A DNA stretch of 64,000 nt from positions 42,284,001 to 42,348,000 of the forward strand of contig OX597820.1 of the NCBI GenBank assembly GCA_951406725.2, given 5' to 3'. The position numbers were made by a program, and so were the translations under genes. This document shows, piece by piece, positions 13,213 to 27,403 of the stretch (the stretch's first letter is position 1; every line of letters starts with the position of its first letter). Below the pieces are notes generated by a model. It searched no databases. It had not been told where the DNA came from and saw nothing but the letters and a program-made list of their open reading frames with translations. Source of the DNA: Octopus vulgaris. Lineage: Eukaryota.

Positions 13213-14060
13213 TATATTTGTGTGTGTGTGTATGTGTGTTTGTGTATGTGTATGAATTAGTCAATTAGTGTGTATGTATATGAACATATTCATGCTCATC
13301 TTGACAGATAAATAAAGGTGAACGTCGTAAGAATTGTTGCCTCAACGGAAAAAAGGAAAAAGAAATGTAAGTTAACAATGCAAGAGAAACATAAGATTGG
13401 TGTAAGAACGACGAAAATTATAAAGAGACACAGAAAAGAGACAGTAAAAACTAAATTTAAAACAAAATTGAATGATAAGATATGTTTCAAGGAACAATGG
13501 ATATGGGTCGAGAGCTGATTTAAGATAATTCCTATCGTCAGAAAGAACGGCGGATGGCACTTTGTTTGGAAAATTGATAGGCGTCTTGATTCTACCTTAA
13601 ATGAAATATCTGCCATTTCGAACGAAATTCAAGGAAGTTTCATAGAAACTTTAAATCCTCAAATATTCCTTTCTAATCATTACAAAATTTACAAAGTATC
13701 ACTTTAGAAAAATTAAGCATTTGCACATCAAATTAATTTTATATCAGCATTTGAAAACGAATTTCATTGTTGAAATTAGCAACGAAAATGACATAGTAAA
13801 TTTAATATATTTTAGCGAACCCAATAATTGATCAATCAGGTGTTCAAATTGCTGGCCATGACCACCTCATGCAGCTATTTACTTATCTAACTAGCTACCT
13901 ACTTAAGTACGTATGCAATCCCACGCTCACATACACACACGCACGCATGCACATGCATACACGCATACATATACATGCATATACACCCATGCGTCAAACA
14001 CAAGAAAACAGTATCCAATTTATGAGAATTAAATTTAAATAGTTATACCCTGAGCAACTA

Positions 14061-14308
14061 TTTGGTTGGTGCATAATTATTGCGGCTTTTTTTCAACAAA
14101 TTTTATTCAACTAAATAACAATATTTAACAAAATATCTTTAAATGACGGTCTGACCGTTTACCAAGCAAATGGGAAGCACTAATTGAAGTAGACGGTGAA
14201 TATGCTCCGAAATAATAATTTAAATATGTTTTTGTTATATGTTGATATTGTTTCTGTTGAATAAAATTTGTTGAAAAAAAAAACCGTAATAATTATGCAC
14301 GAACCCAA
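14061..14308 (+). mobile_element. Mariner-derived MITE
   Basis: TA TSD (14059-60, 14309-10). TIRs TTTGGTTGGTGCATAATTATTGCGG / CCGTAATAATTATGCACGAACCCAA, with extended subterminal inverted match (TTCAACAAATTTTATTCAAC / GTTGAATAAAATTTGTTGAA). Core encodes the mariner C-terminus LPSKWEALIEVDGEYAPK*. Confidence 0.9.
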
Positions 14309-14399
14309 TATATTGTTAAGGATTTATGGAAAAAATATGTATAGTTAAAACGTATTTAAGGACGATATGAACTCCTAAAATTATAGAAAATTGTGTGTA

Positions 14400-14440
<41 letters not shown>

Positions 14441-14449
14441 ATGCATACC

Positions 14450-14566
14450 TGGATTTAAAAAATACGTACTGGGGTCGATGCATTCGACTAAAATTTCTTA
14501 AAGTCTGGTCTGTGCCAAAGTACGGCCGAACTTAAATGACTAAAAAAAAAACAATAAAAAAAGATA
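14450..14566 (+). mobile_element. 3' fragment of SINE family A
   Basis: TACTGGGGTCGATGCATTCGACTAAAA..AAATGACTAAAA..TAAAAAAAGATA matches the family A 3' end. Confidence 0.55.
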
Positions 14567-14639
14567 TAATGCTGTATGAGTACTCATTCTAGTTGTTCGA
14601 CATTTGCGTAAATATGCATATTTTATATAAAATTTCATA

Positions 14640-15530
14640 TAGGGACCGTCGAACATTTCGCGAATTGTTAAAAAGTATCACAAAAGTATAGCTCCCAAAA
14701 TGACTGCAGAGCTTAATGACGGCCTCGAGTACCCAGTTTCCACAAAAAACTGTTCGCCAAGAGCTGCACAAAGCCGGATCTCACGGGAGGGTTGCAACCA
14801 GAAAACTACTACATTCAAAAACAAACGTTGCAAAGCGTTTAGAGTGGAGTAAAAACCTACAGAATTGGTCCCTAGAGTAGTGGAAGAATGTTATTTTCTT
14901 GGACGAGTCATCCTTTACCTTATTTCTGACCACCGGCTGAGTATATGTGTGGAGACAACCAAAAGAAGCATTTGACCCAGAGTGCTTTCTTCCAACTGTT
15001 AAACATAGAGGAAGATCTGTAATGATCTAAGGGCTTTATCTTCGACATTCTCGGTCCAGTGCTTTCCTTTCATGGCAGAATTAATATTCAAGACTATTTA
15101 AACATTTCATTTGATGAAATTCATCCTAAGTTTGCGGAACTGTTTCCGGAGGGAAACGCAATCTTTCAGGATGATAATACACCAATTAATACAGCTAAAG
15201 TTGTTACTGAATGGCACGAGGAACATTCTAGTGAAGTTGATCATCTTATCCCGCCAACACAGGCACCAGATCTTAATATTATTGAACATTTATGGTGCAT
15301 ATTCGAAAAACAAGTAAGGAGCTGACATCCTCCACCATCATCACTACAAGAACTGGTGACCGTTTTAGTTGAAGAATGGACAAATATTCCTTTGGAAACA
15401 ATTCAAACATTGCATGAGTCCATATCTCGTAGAATTTAAGCTGTAACTACTGCCAAAGGCGCTCCTACTCCATATTAAAATATATCTGTTTGAAATTTTG
15501 TGGTGTTTCCATTATTTTGTCCAATCCCTG
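14640..15530 (+). mobile_element. Tc1-family (DD34E) transposon fossil, 5' part missing
   Basis: PVSTKTVRQELHKAG..WKNVIFLDES..PTVKH..IFQDDNTP..PDLNIIEHLW..AVTTAKGAPTPY* with stops and frameshifts. 3' TIR ..TTTTGTCCAATCCCTG followed by TA (15531-32). Confidence 0.92.
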
Positions 15531-15974
15531 TATATTAGGACAAATGTGTCCAATCGGATTTAACAGATTGAAATAGTTTCTATTGTTTACGGAGCCGACA
15601 ATGGTGATATATACTGTGCACAATGAATAAGATAAGTATTAACCAACAGCACACATTACATTATAAAATGCTTAGAAATATATATTTCGTAACATTATCA
15701 AATATTATTTTACGTAAAACTTTACAAAATTCACGTAATATCTCTTGTACCTGTTGTGATGGAAGAAAGATGAACTTCATACTACAGAGGTATTGTTAGA
15801 GCTGGACTTGGCATAACAGAGCTATAATGCTGAGCTGGACGTTGCCTCACTATTTTAAAAATCTGGGTTGACTGATAAGCAACTGTATATTGGGGTTGGA
15901 ACAAATGTACTTGAAGCCTGAATCAAATTTGAAATAAAACTAAACAATGACATACGTTCATGCATACATTGTTA

Positions 15975-17233
15975 CGAGAGTAGACTAAAATCTTCATAAG
16001 CAGACTATGAAGAAGTAATGCAAGTGCAGTGATATTTTGCATGCATTATTTTCAACTTTTATTAGCAACGGCATTGTTTCAACTGATATTTGTCTCTTCA
16101 AAGAAGGCTCCAAAAGTAACTAGTAGCGACTCTTCTTGAAAACAGACAAAATTTGGCATCGTGATCTCAACATGTATCTGCAGAAAAAATAGTTTGGCTC
16201 CCAAGGATTTTCATACTGATATGTTTGCTACATTAGAGGATGGTATTCCAGGTATATGAATAGTGCAAAGAGTGTAGCTGAATTTAAGGAGAAAGGGAGA
16301 GTCTTAAAGACAACCCACTGTCTGGAGGTCCTGCATCTGCTACAACTGAGGAAAGCATTGACCATGTTTACCGCATGTAATGGATTTACCACATGGTAAA
16401 TCAAAGAACCAATGCTATTAGCATAATCCCTGAGAGAGTTGAGAATATTCTGCACAGTGAACATGACATGTCTCCTCGGTGGGCGTCACGACTTCTGTCA
16501 CCTAAATGAAAAATGCATCAAGCTGATCTCATCACGGAAAAATCTGACATTGCTTAAGGTAGATCCAGCTGGTTTTCCTTGAACGTTTCTAACCCAGATT
16601 GAGAGATGGATTCATCACAAATAGACAATCCACGCATTGATAACATCTCTCCTCACCTGCTTCAAAGAAGGCCAAGACCGCTTCATCTGCATGGAAGATG
16701 ATGGCCTCAGAATTTGGGGTTGCAAAAGACATAGAATTTATTTACTATCTTCAAAAGGGCCACACCATCAACGGGTTGTACTATGCCAACTGGTTAAGGC
16801 TTTTACGAAAGGCTATCAAGAAAAAATGCTCAAAAATAACTGAGGAAATGGGTTTGCTTTCATTAGGCTAGTGCTCCAGCACACAAGGACTTGATTTCAA
16901 TGGGTTTTTCACGTGACTGTAGCCTTGAACTGTTTGATCAACCTCCCTATCTTCCTGATTTCGCCATATCTATCATCTGTTCCACAACATAGAATAAAAA
17001 AAACACTTGATTCTAAACCAGTGATGATAACATCATATCTTCTGTTGATAACTTTTACGACCAACAGGATGAAAGCTTCTTCACCAAGCACTGTAAAATC
17101 GATTCAATTACTGTAAAACCGAATGTAGAAGTGTGTGTACCGCACAGGGGACTATGTTGAAACCTAATACTCATTTGCTAGCATTCCATGAGAGATTATC
17201 TTGGTCAGCCTATGAACTTTCGGCCCACCTTCG
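15975..17233 (+). mobile_element. Full-length degenerate mariner (DD34D) element
   Basis: TA + left TIR CGAGAGTAGACTAAAATCTTCATAAGCAGAC and right TIR GTCAGCCTATGAACTTTCGGCCCACCTTCG. Decayed motifs DKIWHR..LAPKD, PRWASR (WVPR), TQIERWIHH (TxDExW), H*ASAPAH (HQDNAPAH), PYLPDFA (PYSPDLA). Confidence 0.85.
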
Positions 17234-17842
17234 AACATACATTAATAAACACATATGTGTTTATGAACTCATATATTTATTCATGGATAATTCAATCACG
17301 AATGGTTTTGTGTGTTGCTTCTTGGAATTTACGGAATTTAACGTTACCGATCCTGCTGACCACAAGTTGTTCCATCTATGTTATAAAGGAAGCAAACAAA
17401 AATAAAAGGAAAAAAAACAGTCTTGAGAAAAATTTGTTCCACTTTATTATAATACGTTGCTTGTCGCATTGAGATATTGCATATACTATCGTTATACCGT
17501 ATATATGTACGTATGAGAGTATATATGTAAATGTATGTATATGTATGTGAGTATGTATAAATGTGTGTGTATGTGCGTATATATATATGTATATGTATTT
17601 GTGTATATATATGTATATAAATGTGTGTGTATATATATGTATGTATATATATATATATATATATATATACATACATAAATGTGTGTGTGAATGTGCGTAT
17701 ATATATATATATATATACATATATATACATATATATATATATATATGAATTAAATAAAAAAAACGAAGAGCAAACAAGAAACAAAAAACAAAAAAACGCG
17801 AGGACCTGGTACATGCAAGTATTAGCAGACGTTCAGGGGAGG

Positions 17843-17891
<49 letters not shown>

Positions 17892-18137
17892 CATACATAT
17901 ACACACAGTCACACACCTTCATATATATATGCATATATATATATAATACACGTAGGTATATGTTACTCTCCCCTAGTGTTTGGGTACGTGATTGTGCTTT
18001 TATAACTGTATGTGCATATATGTGTTTGAGTCTGTGTGTAGTTTCTCTGTAAGCATAGTCTGCTACAGACTTTTCTGTTCGCACATAGCAATATTAATAT
18101 TTTTAGTGAAAGAAGAAATTTAGTGGCAATGGAAGGA

Positions 18138-18173
<36 letters not shown>

Positions 18174-18774
18174 AAATAGAAAGAATAATTGAAGACAGAA
18201 ACGAGAAACAGAAAGATTCAAGGAAAGTAAAAATAAAAGAAAAAATGAAGAATGGAAGAAAGAAGAAAAGAAGAATGAAAAAAGAGAGGAAAAAACAGAA
18301 CGTATTTGTTTAGCGATTTTCGGCAGGAGTTCTTACTGCTGAGTGCATTGTAGAACACATCATGACAATCGCTGCATTATCTCAGGCAACTGTTAGAACC
18401 GACCATCGAACAGTCTTGTCATTATTAGAGTGCACAGATGGTTAATTGCTGTTATTACCATGGAACCATTCCATTTGGTATTGCAACGATGTGCATATCC
18501 GCAGGGCTCTACAATTCTAAAGCACGTAGCTATCTAAAGTGAAGCATTTCATTCTCTTTGCAATCGCTATCTATTTATCTGTTGTCTGTCTTTCTGTACG
18601 TCTGTGTCAATGTTTGCCTGTCTGTCTCACCATATCTTTACGTCTCTTATATCGTGTATGTATTTTTGTACTGTGTACGTATCCATGTACGTATGTATGT
18701 TTGATGGCATCTGTGTATGTTTACCTGTATGGAAGCATGTACGTGATTGTCTATACGTATGTATGTAAAATCTC

Positions 18775-18838
<64 letters not shown>

Positions 18839-20699
18839 TATGCATTCGTGCATAGATGCTATGTATCTCGCCGACTCTTTCTTTCTCTATATTTTTGCTT
18901 TCCTTCCTCCATTATTTGAATAGAACCACTTCTAATATACAGTTTCTTATATTATTTACATTTCATTCTGCTGTGTATTTAGTGACAATGTTGTGGTACG
19001 CAATCGCATTTCACATACAGAAGCAAGCGCCTTGCAATCTCACAGACAGTTATATTTTGGGATGTGTGAATGAACACACATATGTATAGGCAATACGCAC
19101 ATAATTTGTAAATGTACATCGTTATGTGAATATGTCTGCACCCACACAAACTCACACATACACTTGCGAACAGTCATACGCAATACATATATGTACAAAC
19201 GCACAAACATATATACATATAATACATATTTATCAATATATATACATATATATATATATATTTGTACGCACACATACATATATAGCAATCTATCTCAATC
19301 TGTCAATGTAGCTAGTGTTCTGTACATGCATACATGTGTGTGTATGTGTGTGTGTGTGTCTACGTAACCCAAAAATATATTCTTGATATATTTGATGAAT
19401 ATTTACAGTGATCTATTTATAGCTGCGAGATTTGAATTTTAAAACCAAAATTATGGTGTTTTTTGATGTGGAGAAACTACCCCAGGAAATAGTTTGCACA
19501 TGCTTAATATTTCATATGTACGAAAAGGCAAGGTGTTTACAATACATCTTCTGTTTTTGGTCTAAGCATTTATAAAACTGGGAAATATTTGGAACAGCTA
19601 TTTGGTCTTGCTAATAAAGGGAATAGATGTGATTATATTATTATGCGATTAGAAAAATAACTATTCTTAGGTTAAAATATATGCAGTTTATTTTAATATC
19701 TATAGCTTAATTTATTTTCGATTTTGTCCCGTAGAAATTATACGTTTATATATTTTTACAACAACCATAACTATTTCTCCTGAGACGTGAAGTCGAGTTT
19801 ACAGCGAGCATATGCGTGATGTGTTTACAAACATACACCAACATGTGAATATGGGAGGGGTATCTTGCCAATAAATGTTTATGTGTTTGTGAAGTGCAGA
19901 GTGAATGCATATTCATACATCTATTTGCAAACTAGATTAATTCGTATCTCGTGTCTTTGAAAAGAATATAACATGTATTGGAAATTACTGACCGATTAAG
20001 GTTTCCATTTCATCTTCAGCAAGTATAACATCAATCTAACATATTCCACCACACTTAATGTGACTAGTATTGTAACTGCTTCGAATATGATGAAGTTTGC
20101 TAAATATTATTTACAGTTAGTATACATATAATGGTAGATTGCGGAGGTATCTCTGGTGTCAAGCAAAACTCCGATTGCATACTCCCAGGTAGAAGAAAAA
20201 AAAAACAAAAAGGCAGGAATGATTACAGAGCAGATGGAGTTCTGGGCATTCTTCGGTTTTGTGTGATTCTGGATCCTAAAGCGTAGGATTCTACGAACTA
20301 CAACCGATATGGGAGCTCCCAATATAATGAAGTAAACGCTAAGACACAATCACCCTGCTGGTTGTAAGCATTCTATAGTTTAATGTTTCATCTGCGCACA
20401 CCACTACAACAGATGAATCCTATAGTTCACTAATTTAATTGTTGATAGTGGCCGTTAGCAGTTTGTTGACTGTTCATCCACTAAGCATCTAGTGGTGTTC
20501 ACCATTGACTCAATCCGTTCCTATGTCGAAATAGTTCACCTTCTCTATACTGATTTATGATTTCAGCGTAATACTGCTTTGTGTGTTTGTCGGTTTCTGA
20601 GCACTAACAAAGTCGTGCGTGATTTGATCCCTATTTACTTGCTAATTAACCCATAGCTGTGACCCTGACAGGCACTCCTACTCCACGTCGGAGTAGATA

Positions 20700-21050
20700 A
20701 TGGATCAATAAGGTTTAAGTTGTTCCACACAACTCAAACACTAGAACACTTGGCCCCATTATGGGATGCTGTTTAAAATGGTACCCAAAACAAGTCATAC
20801 TCAAGACACGGATTGAGACAAATATTAACATAGGAGGTACTGTTAAACATTTGAAACTTCGTATTTCTATGTTTAAACACATTTTCTCCAACCTTACTAG
20901 CATAGGATATCCATGAAGTAGATAACTACATGATGAGTAATAAACTAATTTTTTCGGTACTGGGATACGCGAAATGTTACAAGGGAGGCAGGCTCCTTTG
21001 TAAATTATGTACAAGAAAGGACTAGAGATTATATTAGCTAATAGTAAACA
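20700..21050 (-). mobile_element. Possible ancient CR1/L2-like RT C-terminal fragment
   Basis: Minus-strand frame ..NICLNPCLEYDLFWVPF resembles the conserved RPxLEYxxxxWxP motif. Heavily decayed. Confidence 0.3.
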
Positions 21051-22291
21051 CATTCTATATATGCTATGAATGTACTTGCCTCGACTAGCTTCTTATGAAG
21101 TACTGGATTATAGCAGTACAAGATCGATCTGGGTTATAAATTGTTGGATAAATGGTTGATCCCACCGGCAATCTAGAAGCTACCTGACTGGAGTTCAGAC
21201 AGTTTCAGGCTACTAACTTTTAAGGCTATAGAAAAGGGAAATTGCCGAACAAATCACGCGGTTGGATTGGGATCGGTTTCTTATGAGTGTGAAACACATG
21301 TGTTTATTAATCAGGGAAACTTCCCAACACCGTTCCACATACACAAAAACGATACGGATAGTTACAGAAACATGAACATGGACGGTTCATACAGAAAAAG
21401 CTGAGATCAAGAGACCAAATGATAAATAAGGATGAATTGTAAGCAGAGTGAAAAAAAAAGCAAACAAAAAGGAAAGGACAAGCGCTCATATAGCATATCT
21501 TGTCAATTGGCGACAAAATATAGAAACGTTCTGTGATGTAACACTAATAGGAGAGTGAGTGCCTTTCGAGATGTAATTATCTATCATACAAACCAATAGC
21601 TGCAACTTTGGAAGAATGGGCAGAATGATAGATCGATAGAAAGGCAGATAAATGTAAATAAGTAAAAAAAAAATTGTTAGGTAACCCGAGAAGACAGAAA
21701 GTGATGTACATAGAAAAGATGAAAATGTAAGAGCAAAGAAAAGCGTTCACACGATAAGGGAATGACTTGTAGTTTGAAAAATATATCACACATTCACTAA
21801 TAATGAAAAACGTGGCACAGAGGGTTAACAAAATAATTTAAAAGAAAATTGTAAACACTCTGACAAACGGATGCATACATGCTCAATCCCATATCAGCCT
21901 CGATATAATATACATACACACACACACATATATGTGTATGTGTATATATATATATATGCGTGTGTCTGTAAATATCAGTAAAAAAGTAAATGTTAAATTA
22001 AATACGGAGATAAATTCTGTTACATTATATTAAATATTTCATTCCGTTCATCTACCCCACCCCCAACAAGAAAAGAAACAACAAAAATAAATAAACGTAA
22101 CTGATTGCTGACAAGAACATTGTCTCCTTTCCAAAAGAAATGAAAACCTGATTGACTGAGAGGTTATGAAATATATGCGTATATGGCTTATATAGATGCA
22201 CACACACACACATATATATATATGTATATATATATATGTATATATAGATATATATATAGATAGATAGATATATTCTTATGTATATATATAT

Positions 22292-23175
<884 letters not shown>

Positions 23176-23202
23176 TTTATTTTAAGCAGCAGGAAATTCA
23201 AC

Positions 23203-23249
23203 AAAATCTGTTACTCTGAGTTTCTCGTTGCCGTTCATCAGACAGTTTT
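23203..23249 (-). ncRNA. Minimal type I hammerhead ribozyme in PLE pLTR
   Basis: Minus strand AAAA-CUGU-CUGAUGA-A-CG-GCAA-CG-A-GAA-ACUC-A-GAGU-A^-ACAG-A-UUUU. Intact core, stem I CUGU/ACAG, GNRA-capped short stem II, near loop-less stem III, GUA cleavage triplet (cut between 23212 and 23211). Confidence 0.85.
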
Positions 23250-23765
23250 TGCTAGAATGGAACATATATATTAATTCAATCTATACTCTTACAAACGCTA
23301 CACCTTTAAAAAGAAATGGACTTGTTTGATTGGCCCTTTAGAAAAAACGGTCAATCTTCGAGCGATAAACAAAAAGGTCAAAAAATATATGTATATATAT
23401 ATATAAAAACTTATAAAAATTATAAAATCCGAGGAAAAAACCGAGGAAAAAACCTATTGCCGTTAGGGAAGACAGTACAAATTAATGCATAGAAATTAAA
23501 CCTGTTATAAATACTGCAATACATATTTATATTAAAATCCACATATATATATCAACATACACAAAAGGATGCGCGTAAACGCCATACATACATATACAGA
23601 CGTATGAATATGAATCTAAATTATACACATAAAAGCATGTGTACATATATTCACGCAGACCGTCTCGCACGCAAGCTAAAATTCATCTATGTAGCAATTC
23701 TCATATACTGAGCAAGGAGGGGGAACGAAAGAAAGGGAAAGAGAGAAAAAAGAAACGAAGGAGGG

Positions 23766-24779
23766 GTGGGGAAAAAAACTTGTAGCGATATTATTGGCAT
23801 CTATAGAGGCCAGTATATAAATTTTAATGCAAGATCGGATAGATTTAAACCTTTCCGTAAGCCCAATGAAAAGCTATCGTATATTAGCAAAGATTCGAAC
23901 CATCCACCAGTTATCCTTAGCAACTTAGTCAGCAACGTAGGTAGAAGAATATCTTCAATTTCTTCGGACGAGGCAGCATTCCATAATGCTGCACCTTATT
24001 ACGATAGCGCATTAAAGAATAGTGGATTCTCGGAGAAGATCCAGTTCAACCAGCTTAATGCTAATAATAATGCTGCACGAAGAACTAGGACCAGGAAAGT
24101 TTTGTGGTTCAACCCGGCTTTCAATTTGGCCGTAAAGACTAATATAGGTAAAGAATTTTTGAGATTAGTCTCTAAGCATTTTAGGCAGGGTCATAAATTC
24201 TACAGAATATTTAATAGAAGAACCCTGAAGGTTAGCTATTCTTGTTGCAGAAATTTCGCCTCTTACATTAGCCAACATAATAGGAAGCTAATTGAGATTA
24301 AACATGGTGCCGAGCCCATTAAGAAATGTAATTGCAAAAACGAAAGCTCCTGTCCGTTAGAAGGGAAATGTCTAGTGAAAGGAGTAGTTTATAGAGCCAA
24401 GGTGCAAGTGGAAGGCTCATCGGAATACAAGACATACACAGGGGCTTCAGAAAATTCATTTAAAACAAGATTTTATTCTCATAAGAATTCTTTTAAATAC
24501 CCAGAGAACAGAAAGAAAACCGGCCTAGCAAAATATGTCTGGGAACTAAAAGAAAAGGAAGCCCCACCTTTCAACGTGACATGGAGCATTCTGGACAGGG
24601 CGGCACCATACAGGCATGGAGCTTACAAATATAATTTCAAGTGCAGGCTTTGCTTATTAGAAAAAATGCACATATTATTCAAAGACAATAATTCTTTGAA
24701 TCAAAGAAGTGAATTAATGAACTTATGTAGGCACACGGCTAAATTTAAAATGTCGAATATAAATATACCATATGGATAG
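23766..24779 (+). CDS. PLE RT-thumb/linker + GIY-YIG endonuclease (RT core lost by truncation; first ~17 codons derive from the inverted pLTR)
   Basis: FRKP..YISKDSNHPP (PLE thumb), WFNP, CNC-x5-CPL-x3-C, GVVY..YTG..FKTRF-x2-H, CRLCLLEK, LNQRSE..CRH. No stops or frameshifts over 337 codons. Confidence 0.9.
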   Translation: MGKKTCSDIIGIYRGQYINFNARSDRFKPFRKPNEKLSYISKDSNHPPVILSNLVSNVGRRISSISSDEAAFHNAAPYYDSALKNSGFSEKIQFNQLNANNNAARRTRTRKVLWFNPAFNLAVKTNIGKEFLRLVSKHFRQGHKFYRIFNRRTLKVSYSCCRNFASYISQHNRKLIEIKHGAEPIKKCNCKNESSCPLEGKCLVKGVVYRAKVQVEGSSEYKTYTGASENSFKTRFYSHKNSFKYPENRKKTGLAKYVWELKEKEAPPFNVTWSILDRAAPYRHGAYKYNFKCRLCLLEKMHILFKDNNSLNQRSELMNLCRHTAKFKMSNINIPYG

Positions 24780-25691
24780 AGTATATATTTTGTATTTTGA
24801 TTTTTTGATTTTGATTTTGACTCTTGAGCGCTACGACGGACCTATAGCAAAGTCTTATTGTTTCTACATATATATTAGAAAAAACTACAAACTTTGTTTT
24901 CATGTTATTGTATTGCATAAGATTACCTTGATTATTTATATTACCTTGATTATTTATAAATGACCCAAAATAGGATGTTATATTTTATTTTATATGTCTT
25001 TCGTATATATTTTTATTAATGCACCCATTTTTTAAAAGCAATGTGTTTTTTTTAAAAAAAGCAATGTTGTCAAATTTAGAATGTTTATATAAGTTTGTGT
25101 ATAGCAAAGCATATATATTTGTAAGCATGCGTATCTGTGTATGTGTAAGTGAAAGTATGCTTGTGCTTAAGCACGCATACACACGACGGTATGTATATGT
25201 ATCAATTCAAACTTGTGTATGTATACTGGCCTCTATAGATGCCAATAATATCGCTACAAGTTTTTTTCCCCACCCCTCCTTCGTTTCTTTTTTCTCTCTT
25301 TCCCTTTCTTTCGTTCCCCCTCCTTGCTCAGTATATGAGAATTGCTACATAGATGAATTTTAGCTTGCGTGCGAGACGGTTTGCGTGAATATATGTACAC
25401 ATGCTTTTATGTGTATAATTTAGATTCATATTCATACGTCTGTATACGCGCATCCTTTTGTGTATGTTGATATATATATGTGGATTTTAATATAAATATG
25501 TATTGCAGTATTTATAACAGGTTTAATTTCTATGCATTAATTTGTACTGTCTTCATTAACGGCAACGAGAAACTCAGAGTAACAGATTTTGTTGAATTTT
25601 CTGCTGCTTAAAATAAAGCATATTACTCTACCACTGGTATTTGAGTACTCTTTTTTCCACCTTGTTTCACATTTATGTGTTTACTCCGGTC

Positions 25692-25774
<83 letters not shown>

Positions 25775-25884
25775 GTATATATATTCATATATATATATAT
25801 ATATATATCAATTACATTTCTCCACATCCGCTTTTACTATTGATGTTGTAGTTGTTGCGCTTGGTAATGATCTTGCACTTGTTT

Positions 25885-26040
<156 letters not shown>

Positions 26041-26929
26041 ATCTCTTCTGGCTGTTATTTTTGCAGCAGCCGTAGTGGACATTGTTCCCTTTCCTCCTCT
26101 CCAGATCTTCATTTAGATTTTCTTTTCTTTCTTGTCTCTATTATTATAACCCACGTATTCGCAATTTCAGTGTGTAGACACTTCTTTTACCTACTTAAGT
26201 CGCCTGAGAAACACGCGAACGTCCATTTTTTTTTCCTTCTCATATAAATTTGCTGTTTTGCACCTCAGTAAGAAATCATTATAGCAGCTGTTGCTGTTTT
26301 CTGTTATTCTTATCTTTCTTTTTGTATTTATTATTATTATTCGTGTTATTTCTTACACTCTTCAAATTCGATGTTTGATAAACGCAACTTGTGTAAACAC
26401 AACGTGCAAAAATATTCCATAATGAGAATGATCTACGGACAATACTGAAATATCATTGTTATACGTGGACATCCCATTAACTGCGTATATTTCAGGATAT
26501 CCGATTGCTGCACAATTGCATTCTTATAAAACATAACGTAGCTGAACAAATATCATATTGGTTATTCGAAAAGGAAGAAATGGCAGAATATGTAGGAAGT
26601 ATGAATAGCATTCAAAAGAGTAAAAGGAAAGATAACGATTCAAAAGTAAGGAATATACAACGGTAAATTTAGTAGCGTATATGTATGTTTGGGTACGCAT
26701 ATGCATAGATCTGATTGTACATGTATATCACTTAAAACCTAGAACCATTCAGTCAATCCATCAATCAATCAACTGATCTATCGATCAATCAATCAGCATT
26801 CACTCTATATCACTCTATCCGCCATCTATCTACCTATCTGTCTGTCTATCTATCTGTCCTTCTCTAACACATTTCTCTCTATATTTCTCTCTCACTCTCT
26901 CTCTCTATCTTTATCTTTTATATATATGT

Positions 26930-26979
<50 letters not shown>

Positions 26980-27129
26980 AGGCGCAGTGGTGGCGTCGAG
27001 GCCTCGTGGGTAGTAAAAAGCTTTCTATCCAACTATATGGTTCCGGATTCAGTACTACTGCGTGATTCCTTGGGCAAACCAAACCTATATGAGGTAGGAG
27101 GAAACTGAAAGAAATGTTTATATATATAC

Positions 27130-27181
<52 letters not shown>

Positions 27182-27403
27182 GTGTGTGTGTATGTCTCTG
27201 TTTGTTCCATACCACCGCTTGCCAGCCGATGCTATGGGGTTTGCATCCCCGTAGCTTAACGGTTTGGCAAAAGAGACATAGAATAAGAGTTAGGCCTAAA
27301 AATTAGTAAGTGCGGCGGTCGATTCATTCGAGTAAAAATTCAAGGTGGTGCCCCAGCATAGCTGCGGTCTATTGACTGAGACATGTATAATATAAAAGAT
27401 AGA
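26980..27403 (+). mobile_element. SINE family A copy
   Basis: GGCGCAG..ATGGTTCCGGATTCAGT..CCTTGGGCAA..CACCGCTTGCCAGCCGATGCT..GGTGGTGCCCCAGCATAGCTGCGGTCTATTGACTGA. Confidence 0.85.

Noticed and set aside
24265-24779. Selenocysteine recoding reported for some Naiad PLEs
   Set aside because: All conserved Cys positions here are TGT/TGC, with no in-frame TGA.
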